From: Catajapyx aquilonaris
Lineage: Eukaryota
Reading direction: 5' to 3'
Assembly (NCBI GenBank): GCA_000934665.2
Contig: KZ539053.1
Coordinates: forward strand, 1 to 34,960
Length of the DNA: 34,960 nt
The position numbers were made by a program, and so were the translations under genes. Positions within the stretch are counted from its first letter, which is position 1. Every line of letters begins with the position of its first letter. This document shows, one piece after another, positions 1 through 12,950 of this stretch. Under the pieces are notes generated by a model. That model worked only from the letters and a program-made list of their open reading frames with translations, did not search any database and was not told the DNA's origin.

Positions 1-3000
1 TAATGTGGACTTTCAAGCAGGTGTGGCAAGTGCCATCAGATATTAGCTCGTATTAGTTATCAATTTATTAGAAAGCTAACCGCAGGATTATCACTTGGAA
101 GATATGCGGAAGCCACCGTTTTTTTTCCGGCGACGCCCCAAACCGGGACCTAAAATTAAATCAGCTTGTAATTCTTTTTAGGCGAGGCAAGGACACCTCA
201 ACATTATTTAGATACGTTTGTTTCCGCGGGAGTTTCCGCCACGAAATCAAGACGGCTCAAAATATATTCAGCCACATCATCATATATGAAGGCGGGGGGG
301 AAAAAAAATCAATTTACTGATGGTCACCGCGTGTAATCCCCCTCCGGATTATTATTTTTTTTGCCCGGAACGGTCACGAAGAATGTAGAACCTGTTCCTT
401 TTGCGAGGGGACATCTTCCCGTTATTACCATCACGAACCATTGGCGTGGTTTAAAAAAAAAAAAAAAACGTACGTAAAAAAAACTCTTCCCGTTACACTT
501 GTGGGGGCCAAGGTGATGAGGAATTGCAAGCCGTTTTTGACAAGGTAACATATCAGGAAGTAACACGCGGGAATGTCGTATCCCGCTCCAGGAAACTCCA
601 ATTTTCCATTTAACTTTTAATTTTAATTTACACAAAAAAAAATCCGGCCATATTACCCCCTCACCCTACTTCCGGAATGTGGTGNNNNNNNNNNNNNNGG
701 GGGGGGGGGGGGGGACCAACTCCCGCCAAAAAATCCCATGCTACACACTATTGCAAAAAAAAAAAAAAACTATTTCCACGGGCACTTCCAAATGGAGGCA
801 GGCCAAGCGGGACCCTAAAACTAACTTCCGTGTCTGCAGTGCGACCTCATTCCCGTACTTCCGTAAAGGGAAGGTGCCCAGGGACTTTAAAAAACTTCCC
901 TCTCCTTTCTCAACACCCCCCTCCCCTCTCCCCGCCTTCCCCTCCTTGCTAGTTGCGTAACGCCTACATGGAGAATCCAAATGCCATCCCTTTCACCTCC
1001 ATCTGGCCGCACTACCGGCCCCCGCCATTTGTTTTTCGCCAGGGGTATGCTCGGAATCAGGTCGTGGTGAGATTTTCGTTTTGTCCGTCGCCTGAATAAA
1101 AATAGAATGTGGCTACTTGGCGGAAGTATCGGCGAGGTTACGCTACAAGGAAATATTTCTATACGAATTGATGGTGGTGACAATTAGGACAACACGTTAA
1201 AGATAAGGAGGCTGACTAATGGGACGAACCGAAACCGCGGCTCCAGGTTGTATTTTTACCGCTTCGATGTTGACTACAAATACCTCACACGTGTCGACAG
1301 TTTTAATCTACGGCTCTGACCCTACACCATCCTGTGACGTCATTTAACGTCCAGAGCTTCCTTCAGGAAGGTCACGTGACAAAAACTGTTACAGTACCGG
1401 TAACGTGCTTTGCGCTGATTACACGCAGGATGACCGCCTGGAATTGGTGCATTACTGACACGCACAATAAAAGGTGGGTGGAAACAACAACAACAACAAA
1501 AAAAAAGTGGTTCTCGAAGAGACCTGGTGCTTCCTACTACGGTATACTGTATTCGCCCACGTGCGCCGGCCATCCCCCCCTCCCGACCATTACTTTTACC
1601 AACGTACTATTTTCCCCCGACCTCCGTCCCCTGTTTCCGGGTTACCACTTTGGGCTACTTGGTCACACTTAATACCCCACTTGTAATGCATTGAAGGCCT
1701 TTAGCTATCTTCAGCTGCCATGACATCACTACATTCTTTCCGGGTGAATGTCCCTCCGGCAAAATGCATGTAGATCCCGACCGATACGGATACATAATGC
1801 CAGCATATTCTAGCCGTCTTCAACACCTACCCTCTAAATGGGGTCCTTACATATATATATTTTTTCTACGACATCCTCCCGCCCTCAAGCCAACGTGGGC
1901 TATCTCCAGCCTAATGGAAACAGGAAGACGTGTGCCTTTCGTGCGGATTTTAGACTACCCCTGATAGCAGGACTTCAATTTCCTTGTAGATAAAGTGGAA
2001 GCGCCCGGAACTTGAAGCGCATGATTCAAGATGGCCGCCCCCGCGCATACTTCCTGATGAAGCGAGTCCGGAATATATTTTTTTCCCCCCGCATATTTAC
2101 GACCGGACCGTACATACTGCGTGTAATCCCCAGTTTGCGTGTCTCCTATTCCACCGTGTTCCACATAAGAACCTCGTGCTAACATACAACCTGATCGATA
2201 CCCCGATCGATCCCCGGTACCGTCACCCTTAAAACACACTCCACACAAAAAAACACACACACACACCGCACTTACCACCTCACAATTCAAATCCGGCGCA
2301 AACAAACATGGCCACCGCGCGCACTCGGCATTTCCGGTCCCCTCACCCCGCATGTGTCCTGGGATACATCCACGCCGAATACCAACACGTGGTATGTACA
2401 CACACTTGGAAAACCGTGCTTGAAACATTCACCTAAACCGGTTGATGCCCATCCTGCGAGTGAGCGAACTTGGCGGGGGTTGCAGGCCGCCAGTTGGAAC
2501 AGCGGATATGGAGGGCGGGTTACTGGAGGCGGCTCTACCCCCCGACTCTTTCAGTCTCCCCGCCGCTCCACCCCACCCCGCACGACTCCGGGGCTGCTCG
2601 GGACGGATATCCGGCCCGGCCCCGCCAGCCCAAGCAGGAAGCAACGGAGGAGAATAGGCCCATCGGAAGTCAGCCTCCCCCTCCTACCCCCCCTCCCTCT
2701 GCTTCTATTTGGGAGAGGATGACGCACGAGTACGGAAGCAATGGGGGAGGCGGGCGGGCGGGTAGAAGATGGATTGTGGGGTGGGGTGACCCTCTTTTCA
2801 GCCACCCCCGCACACACAAAAAAATGTTGTAAACAGAGGCGCCTTCCACCCCATTTTTCTGGCGCCTCCAAGTTTTTGATTCTTTGCTTTCAAAAAAAAA
2901 AAATCGATTCAGGTAAAATATCGCGCACCTACCATATCTTCATGCTCGCGACTGTGCGCGGTACTGGCGTCATTACCTCTCGGAAATGAGCTGCAAAGTT

Positions 3001-6000
3001 CTGTAGTGCAGAAATACACGGAAGAGGGAAGCGAAGGCGGAGTTGCCACGGGCGCTCAACCCGAATTACCAATCACGCTCTTATTAACAAATCAATGCAT
3101 TCCTCATTATTGGGCGCATCGGGCTTGATGTTCGCACCCGGGCCGGACACACACACACATAAAAAAACATGTGGCCGCCAGGTCTTCTAAATCCCGGTTC
3201 CAGCTCAAATTGGGCGTCACGATTCATTGACCTGCGCAGTGAAGACAAGGATATTCAGGAGGTGCACAAAAAAATGGCGGAAGAGCGCAGGTGGTAAGAT
3301 GCATGGAGTCCGGGAGACATGATGGTGAAGAAGAAAAAAAAAATGGAGGAGGAGTCAAAACGAGCTTGGGCTTCCCGGTCCTTGTAATGCAGGGGTCACT
3401 TCCGCACATGTGAATTGAAGCTGTGGAGGTCACCTCGAGGGGTCAAGGTGGACCGGAGCCGACCTCCCGCCATATTGCCTGCATCCTACACAGTTTATTC
3501 AACCCTGATTTGTGAATCTGCTGCTTATACTATTTACCACTTTGTTTACATTTCCCTCCACTTTTTTTAAAAAAAGAAAAAAAACCCGTTAGTCTTATTA
3601 CATTAACATTCCAAGTCACTCACCTAACTCGACACTTCCACGCAGTGTTTATTCACTGTCAAACACACGCCGCTTATTCGGCCGGGCCCAACCCGGAAAT
3701 TGTGCAGTGAAGAGGATCTATGCGGTGACCTTATCCGCCTCACTATGCGATACAGTGACAGGCAGCTAACTATAACCAACTTATCATCCATATCTACAGA
3801 GGGGGGGTATGTGCGTAGGCAAATCTCAAAATAGCGGGATTTTGTCCCTTTCCCCGTGCGGATGACATGTGTGCCAATCATGACGTCAATTCCTCTATTT
3901 TTTTTTGCACCAATACACGAATTGATCGAGTCTAATGTCCTGCACACCTTCCAGACAACCCTTATCCCCCCCTGCGGGATAAGGTATCGCCCACTTATCT
4001 GCATATTACCCATATGTACTAACCGGAAGCGTCTTATATTTGTGACATCTTGAATACTAGAACATTGCGGTAGGCCTACAGGATTGGAGATAATCTGGCG
4101 ACATTCGAGCGTGTCGAGCTGAACTCGGAAGTGGAACCCCAACCTGTGCACACAAGTTCAAAGGCCCTGCTGGTTTTATCTGCGGATACAGTTTATCCTG
4201 AGCTTTATAACACTTGTTTGGGCTGCCCACCCAGCTTCAATAGCCTGATTTATAATCTTGTGTCAAGTCCAGGAAGTTCCTTCCCCCACCAGTCTTATCA
4301 GCAGGCCCGGCTTTTTTTCTTTTTTTTTTGTTGATAACCTCATGGTACGCACATATGCCGTTCTTAGTATACCAAGTACAATGTCATCCATATTTGGCAC
4401 TTTTCAACACAAAAAAGTGATCCGCCGTCTCTAATGTGATCAAGTACAGGGTGGGGCAATCGATTGCACACACACAACACTTACCTATACCCGACGTGAA
4501 TAGCTCCGTACCTAAGGCGTCGACCCAGTTACAAACCAAATGAACAACAAAAAAGCAATGTACTGGTATATAGGTTTTTCCTCTCTACGGACATCCGGCA
4601 ATTGCCTAACGATATTTCCATTCAATTCCAGCTGCGTATCATTACATCGGACGTGTACGGAAGGACGAATCTAGTACAGTGTCTGCAGGGGATTTTTCTC
4701 TCGCTTGTTTTTGCCATCGGAACCTTGATTGGATTTGACAAATAAATGCTATCTGACAATCAATAACGGCATTTGGCCATCATAACCCCCACTCGCTAGT
4801 ACTTGGGGTCGACCGCAGTTTGACCCCCGTCTCATCAACTCCCTGAGGTCACTTCCTAGTTTTAAGCAGCAAGCTTTTAGGAGACCACTCTCCCAAGTAA
4901 GGGAAAAAGGTTATAAACGTATTGTAGCTACATGGGGAGCTCCCCCGAGCTCTTCCAGTAATTTCAGTCTTCCTCCTTTCATAACCACGTTTTAGCGGCC
5001 GGGTCATTTTTCGACCCAAAAATTGGGCGTGGCGCTTTTTATTATTATATCGAGAGAGGTTAATTTCAATTCACTTAGAAAAGTTTTCCGGGGGTGGAAG
5101 GGGTGGTGGTGGTGGAAGCCTTGAAAAGGCGACGGTTACTTCCGGAACTTTTGCCTTGGATGAACGGGCCGGCAGCATTGTATGTAAAAAAGCGTGAGGT
5201 TGGTTCCCCTTCCCTGGTAAGGAAAATTGACATACGTGAAATCTCGTGTCGAATCGAGCGTGATTTCCAACACACGTTACTTAGTTTCAAAAATATTAAG
5301 GACGTAGCAAAGGAGAAAAAAAAAATACCAGACCCTGGCAGAGATTTCAACACGTGTTTAGAAGACACTTCTGAAGTCACCTGGACGTATCGAAACGGCC
5401 AAGTTTGCGCTCAACGAGGCGCAAAGTCATTTTTCCACTCTGGAAACCACTTCAGAAAACCGGTTGTCCCTTTTATGTAGGTGCTTCTTTGACAACTTCC
5501 GAAGACGGCAGGGTTGTCATGTTGACACCTTAGTGGACACGCAATATGCCAGCCAGCTAACTTCCTCCTTACGAGGTAATAAATCATGCCTAAATTGCGC
5601 CTGAGTACTTCCTTGGTACTTTATTAGGCATGGAAACGACGCACTTTTTAAAACAAGTCCCGAGTTCGATTCCTGGTACAGGCATATCATTTTGTACACA
5701 AAATTCCCGGGCCCCAAACGTTGTCACACGCCCCCTTGCATAAATGTTTACATAGTTCACTTTACACTACAGGTTTTTGCCACCTCACTTCTCAAGCACC
5801 GCATTTAGACCCACTCTTGTCCTAAAACCAGGTTTCCACCTCCTATTCATCCTCTATCTCCGCCCAGGCGACCATACGGCGTGCTGCACTCTCTTCTCAA
5901 AAGGGAGGTACCCTCCTCCTTCTCTCCCCAAAAAATACAAAACCGCTTTTGGGGGGTATTGGAACGGTTCTCCCTTGTTGGAGGTGTCTCGTATTCTACC

Positions 6001-8462
6001 CTCAACTTGGGTGCTTTAAACCCCATAATTCGCGGGGACAGTCTCAAGGAGGATGGGGGTCGGAGATTGAAGACCGGCTGCTGGGGTCCCGGCCCTCCTA
6101 TGAACTTGAAAGAAGCCTCGCGTTTTTCGTTTATTATGCACGCCTCGGAGAATTGAGACCAGAAAAAAAGAGAAGAAAACGTGGTAAACTGGGAGGGGTA
6201 CCTGGAAACATGGCGACGGGTCGTCTGAGTCTCTTGTGTCGCGGGTTTCTTCAGATGCACAAAGCCGGCGCCTAGACGTCCCGAGTGGGCGGGCACCCAA
6301 CCTTCTAAAACGCCTAATTTTGTCCCCCAAGCTGTCCTTGTGACAGGATTGGCATTTTTCTGCCAGAAAACCACCTTAGCAAACACGTGCCTCAAAATGG
6401 TAGCACCGTCCGTCAGACGGCAGCACCGACGTCAATCAGACGACAGCACATAGTACTCTACAGTATGTTTCTCCACATGTCACACGATATTTTCTTCCAA
6501 GTGGTGGACCAGAGTTATGTCAAGAGCCGGCAAGAATTTGACGCATGAATTTCGCCCACTGGTCAAGTATCTCTACAAGTGATGCTCACTCCATCTTCAC
6601 GACAAAGAAACGGGACCGAGGCTCTTCTCTTCGGGACGGGAGGGGAAAAGTCTGCCAACATAGATCAGTTTTCCAACTAGGACTGAGGGTAGTCTTCACG
6701 AAATATGACCCAGACGCCAGACCCTTTTCAGAGTGGGGGGTTGGTGGGGGGTGTTCCAGACTCTTTTCACAGGAATTCTGGCCATCTTGTTGAGCCTAGT
6801 AGGTGGAGGAGCGAAAAAGGTCAGTGTCCGAAAGAGGGGGTGAGGTCAAGCCGGCCATATTGGTCCATTAGCACCCCCCAAGTAAGTGCGAGGGTTCAAA
6901 TTTTATCNGGGGGGAAACCCGGCCTTGACCTGCCGGGTTTATCCTTCCAATACGTCTACGCGCTGGCCGTAATGATATAATTACATATACTACATAACCC
7001 ACCGCCGCTTCTAGACGTCAATATTTACGCGCGTCGTTTCAACACACCCTCTCCATGTTGACACGCAATTTATTGTTGCTAATAGGCTCAAAGCCCTCCC
7101 AACGGGGCTGCCTACAAAACGATGCATGCCATATGGCGACAATAGCGCAAAAACCGTCCGACTGCGATTTTGAACGGACTCCGGGAAGCGGAAACATCCC
7201 AGCAAGGTGAATACAGGTGCAAATGACGTCCACGGAAGTTGCGGTTGCACTTTCAAGGGCACCGCTACTGCAATATCCGTTTTTCCCCTCCCCAATCCAC
7301 ATGCTACACTTCAACCCTCCTCTTAAGTGGGATGATCCGGGAAGGGAAGTTGGGATGATCCGGGAATGGGTTAGGAAAAAAAAAAAAAAAAGAGGAGTCC
7401 CGGAGAAGATGCTGTGTAGCATCCCGGATGTCCAACGGAAAAGGATGGGGCAAGTGCGCTGATTACAAAATAAGCACCAAAACACCCTCGGAAGAAACTC
7501 GATAGTCAACATGCCGCATGCAGGTTGCCAGATGGTTGTAACTAGATACATTCGGAGGTCGTTCCGGGGTTTTTAGTTCGGGACCGTCGAGTGGGGATGA
7601 GCGGTCAAAAAAAAAAAAAAAAAACGAAAACAAAAACATTTTTTTTTCACCGCTCATGTAATATGCTCCTGGTGTAGTGTGAAAAAAAAGTTGCGTGGGA
7701 AGTATGCTGCACGTGGAAACTATTGTGCACCTGTTTCCCACAACATTCCGCCGCAATTCTCTTTCGGGAGACGAACTCATTTGCAGGTGAGATTGCACAG
7801 AATCGCAGCATCCCCATCTAGCCATGAGCCAATAGGTGGGGAAATTTCAACATTCAACTCCACTCACGCTGGAGGAATTTCCACATGTTCGTCGTCTGAC
7901 CTTATGAGGAAATGACGGTGACCACCGGCACCGGCTCAGTTCTAGATAACACAGGCTGTTTATGACTTACACCCCATACGCAGGTGCAGAGCTGGAAATT
8001 ACAAACACCAATGTCACAAAGCCCTGTTTTATGCGTCCATGGTTCAAAGTGCACTTTTGCACTTACGCGAACCTTGCAGGTGGCAAGTTCAAGACAGGGT
8101 CTGACAAAAATAAATATGATAATACACAATCAAATAAACCGCCTTGATTTTGACCCAGTGCAACTAACAGTCAGTCCGAAACAAAACGGGAAGCCTGCTC
8201 CGCAATCGAGCATCCCCTCCTACATTATTTCATTTGAGATGGCCCATTCTGCAACTAATCTCAAAATAACACTGGCGCACTATAATAACCGAGGCTGTAA
8301 AACGGGCCAACTACGCCCCCCCCCTCCCCCCTTCTAAAAAAGGGCGTGGCCAGGCTTGCAAAAAAATCAGTTTTTTTCGCAATCTTCCCTCTCCCCCTGA
8401 ACCTGCTTCAAAAACCGCTTCTTGCTCCAACGCACTTCATGACTTTTTCCTCCCCCCCCCCC

Positions 8463-8567
8463 NNNNNNNNNNNNNNNNNNNNNNNNNNNNNNNNNNNNNN
8501 NNNNNNNNNNNNNNNNNNNNNNNNNNNNNNNNNNNNNNNNNNNNNNNNNNNNNNNNNNNNNNNNNNN
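8463..8567. other. Assembly gap/masked run (~105 N) inside a poly-C tract
   Basis: N run flanked by C homopolymers. There is a 14-N run at 685-698, and single Ns at 6908, 12393, 17841, 20824 and 34669, all in or beside G/C runs. Confidence 0.95.
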
Positions 8568-11500
8568 CCCCCCTCCACCCCTCTTCTTCGACTCTTCCAG
8601 CCAGAGATGAGTGTCATCCAGATCTATTGAACTCTGCTACTCTGGTTTTCTCTCCAATTCACAATCTGTGGAGTCATTACTTTTTCTCGCTCCCAGAAGA
8701 AATTGAGCGTTAACCATTTCAGCTGGATAAACGATCGGAATTGGAATGTCACCAATTTCTGTTGCTCCTATAATAACTCTCCAACTTTCTGAGCCCTGTA
8801 TAACAACGACACGCCTATTTTCAAAATCAAAAAAATATGGGAACGAACTAAGAGTTCACTGTACACATTACCTGTAATTGGCACAAATTCGTTCAAAAAA
8901 AAACAAAAAAAAGTGGCAGGATTGGAATTGAACAGTTCATATATGAGTGTGGAACAGTTCATACATAAGTGCTACACAAAAAGATACATTTTTGATTTCA
9001 AGTGGTTCCACTCCACCTTTCTCAGCCCATTGGCCCAATCGTAGCAACAATGCATATGTTAGACCCCAAAATGCCCCCAAATCTTCCAGGCATTTTTTGT
9101 GGTGGTGGTCCCTTCTTCCCAAAAACCTCTGGGCCCTGATGTTGAAAGGCGTTGAGTTGTCAAAACCAAGCCTTCTGCTTCTGATCAGATGCGCTTTTCT
9201 TCCACACCCCCACCACCATAACCCCCCCCCCCCCCATCCACACACACTCTTCTCATGTCGCCTGGTCCTAATTCAGAGGCTTGTAACGCGAGAACTTTTA
9301 GAAAAGAGATGAAGGGTCCCGAAAAGCGACCTAGAGTGGAATTACCCGCAGCTCTTGATGGCCTGATGGTAACTGGAGGGTGGGGGTGAGGAATTTCTTC
9401 CCCGAGCAAAAGAAGTGTTTCTCCGGACCATGTGTTAGAGCTTTTCAACGCACACACATCCACACACAGTATACCAACACAAATCTCACTCATAATGAAC
9501 GGTGGGGGTTGGGCTTGTGTTGGTGGAAATAACATAGGAAGGGGCTAATCAGTGGCAAAGTGAAAAATGGTTTGTTTGTTCTGTTAAAACAAATGTGGTC
9601 GCAGAAATTGTTACGAAATTAATTCGACTCGCAGAGCTAGATGTGGACAAAAAAAAATGGAGGAGCCTTAATAGGATTATAAATTGGCATGCGGGACTTC
9701 ATTACGAAATAATTCGATCCCTGAGAAAGGTATGCACCGGTCCCTCATTAAAACTACAAAAATAGTTCCCGCTTCATCACGTCCCATTTAATCCGTCCGA
9801 CTAATTGCCAGCCGTGTCAGCTTATATTGTTCATAACTGCAGGTACATTTAAGCCTGGAAAAAAAAAGTGTGCGAATCCTTGAACATGTGACTGCGTGGG
9901 CAGGTATCGACGGTATGAGGAAGTCAATCTCTTCCGGTTTAGACCGCCAAGGATATGATCAAAAAGTCATGCAACACTGTCCTTGCACGGTGTGTCCACA
10001 CTATTAAATCAACCAGAAACTCGCAAAATATGCAATTAGTCCATGCGCCATACATATCGGCAATTTTCACTGCATTAATCTCAAAATTGTGGAATTATAC
10101 TTTCGCTCTATTGCACCCCCGGTAGATGATAGGTTTGTGCCGAAATGCGCGCGCAGCACGACTACGGACCAATGAACAATGAGGTCCGGGTAAACAAAAC
10201 AGTACATCGCTCCAAGTGTTGGCCAAAGTGCAGAGCTATGCAAATACAGCTACTGGCTTGACTCAAGCGGTTCGTGCAAGGTGGCCAACGGTAGCTAGCG
10301 TAACATTTTTCGCACCAGGTACGCACTCATTGTTTTACCTGGGCAAAAAAGAAAAAAAAGAAAGAAATACCGCGACTATAAGTGAAAATCCCGTTTTAGC
10401 CTGGGAAACCTTGCACTTAATCGAAAATCCATTACATTAACCTGCTTCCTTGCTTGCTACTTAATTGCCATCGGGGCCCTCTTCTGGGGACGATTATAAT
10501 TATCGGCGGGGGCTTAATTGCCAAGCGATCGCTTCCAGACCTCCAACCGCGCCTATCTGAACACGCACAGAAAATGTGTACCCATATTTTCCACCTGTAG
10601 TATTACGCGAAGTACTCCTTGGCCAGGTAATCCAGCCTGCCAAAACACGATCTCCGCCAGGTTTTGTTTACGTTGCCCCTCATCTTATTCTGAACCCCCT
10701 CATTCTGATCTTTGGCTTTAAAGAGACCTAGGATCGATCATTTGCTCCCTAAGCCCCTCCACCCCCCTCTCAACATCTATACTCAGCCTTCCCCCACTCC
10801 CCCTCCCCGCCCTCGACTTCCGTCTCAGGGCACGAAATCCTCTTTTACTTTTCAGTTTTCCAAATCGAAAATCAATGGTACAGCAAAACGGTAACCGTGA
10901 TGGGGCACCCCCCAAAAAATGGGCTGAGTTATAAAGCCTCGGCTCGTGGTTAGCACTGATCATGTCAAAACCCCGCGTATGGCGATGCAAGGTGTCATAC
11001 TCATGATTTGTTATTCAAACGCTGCCATAGTCATTTCTACAAAATCAATTTTCTTTACATTCCATTAACCAGCCAGTAAATGCACAAGTGTGATATCTAC
11101 TTGATAAAATTAGCAATATACAGACTTCTAACTGCAATATGTACATTCTATCGGCTTCCGGCTTAATATGTGCCTACTGTACGTCCAATTACCGGTGAAA
11201 ATTTTATAAAAATCTGCCCTTGCCGGACTTCATCGGGGTTAATAACAGGTAAAGCCCCTCAACCCGCTCGATTGCTACACGGCCTGATAGTTATAATAAG
11301 AGTCGAAAATTACTCCACCTGAAAGACAGGTTTGTACTGCACGATTGAACAAAGCTGCTGACAGGAACAAAACGCCTTGCATAATAAGTTCAACTCGCAT
11401 GCATCCCACCCAACCACCGGACCGGAAGAAGCCCATTGCAACGTAACTTTCCAAATACGCATCCCAAATTTGGGGTGTCACTTGCGCTGGCAGCATCCGC

Positions 11501-12009
11501 GCAACCACCTCAGGTGGTTGTAGCCGCGACCAGGAAGCTGTTGCACCGAACGTGATTGTTAACGGTGAAGGAAAAAAAAAAAAACGCGCTTTTACCTGCA
11601 CTGCCCTTGCCCGGGTCCATCCTTCACCGGCCCAACAGCCTCCGGGGCCATTCCGCATTTTCAAAAGGTGGTGCAAGGGGGAGGTGGCAGGGGAGGATCA
11701 GGCAAGCAAGGGTCGCCAGTTTCACCTGCCCGTACCGTTGCTTCTTTGCGGAAATGTTTTCCTTTTCTCCCGGGGATGAAGTGAAGAAGTTGCAGGCAAG
11801 GGGGCTTCCTAGTACCCCGTCCCCCCACCGACCGACCGCCTCCCTCTCAGGAAGAAGTTGTGCCCCGACACGAACTTGGCCCAGAACGGTTTAATTGCCC
11901 AGGCTGTATATCTTCACCCTACTTGCTATGCAACCGAACAAACCAGACAACGGATCTTCATACCGGTAGTTTCCATTTGCACTTCTACACCCATTTTTTA
12001 ACAAATCGG

Positions 12010-12245
12010 CAAAATATATTTTTCCACATTAATATTTTTTTTTTTCAACATCGCAAATGTTTTTAAATATAAATATTTTTTATAACATTTCAAAAATATT
12101 TTTAAATATAAATTTTTTACAATATTTCAAAAATATTTTTAAATTTTAAACATAATTTTTACATTCAAAAATAATTTATACAATTTTTACGATGCGAAAA
12201 ACAATTTTTTACAATATATATAATTATATATTTTAAAAAAAATCC
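12010..12245. repeat. Extremely AT-rich low-complexity tract with recurring (C)AAAAATATTTTT units
   Basis: Almost G/C-free stretch with several degenerate AAAATATTTT palindromic units. Confidence 0.75.
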
Positions 12246-12911
12246 AAATACACACACATACTCGGGCGTTCACACACGCGCACGTCATGTCCTTGGCCTG
12301 GCCAGCTCTAAAAGCACCTAAGTCTGTGGAGCGATGCCCCCGGGGGTCCCAAAAAAAATTCCGGGCACACACACAAACTCGCCCCCCCCCCCNCCCCCTT
12401 CCACTCCTCCTTTAGCTTTTGCCAAAACGTAATGTCAGGCGTGGGGAATGTCTGTCGGAAGGGGTTTAAAGGAATCCTAAGCAACCGGAAAAGGAGCCAT
12501 GCACACAAAGGAGAAGGCGGAAACATGGCGCGCCTTCTATCATTCCCATGTCTTCTCTACCGCCCACCATTTTTTTTCTCTCCTTCTTCTCTAACCATTC
12601 TTTTGCTGGGGTTTAACGAAAAAAAAAGTCACGCCCTTATTACACACACATATATGGCTACTTTTTTCAAATCGATTTTTGGCCTCATTTTTCACCCGAA
12701 TTATTTTTGATATCCCCCCCCCTCCCCCTTCCCGTACTTCTCGTTTACTCCTTTCTTCTTTTGGACACTGACTCAGGCTTCAGGAACATGCGGAAGTTCC
12801 GGAGTTCGCGTGATTCTTCCCTCCTTTTTTCGCACGTCCAGTGTTGGCACTAGGCGAGTGCGGTCGCCAACAGGGTTGGAATCAACCTAGCATCCGCATT
12901 CGTCAAATTTG

Positions 12912-12950
12912 TTTTTTTTTTTCTTCTTCTTCTTCTTCTTCTTCTTCTTC
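12912..12950. repeat. Poly-T followed by (TTC)10 microsatellite
   Basis: Read directly from the sequence. Confidence 0.9.

Noticed and set aside
5600..5690. tRNA or tRNA-derived SINE (B-box-like GAGTTCGATTCC at 5662-5673)
   Set aside because: No convincing A box or cloverleaf. The similar isolated GGTTCGAACC at ~34000 also lacks tRNA context.
7328..7366. TGGGATGATCCGGGAA repeated twice; a similar short doublet GAACAGTTCATAYATRAGTG at ~8929-8970
   Set aside because: Only two short copies each in the low-quality zone. These are ordinary local duplications or read stutter.
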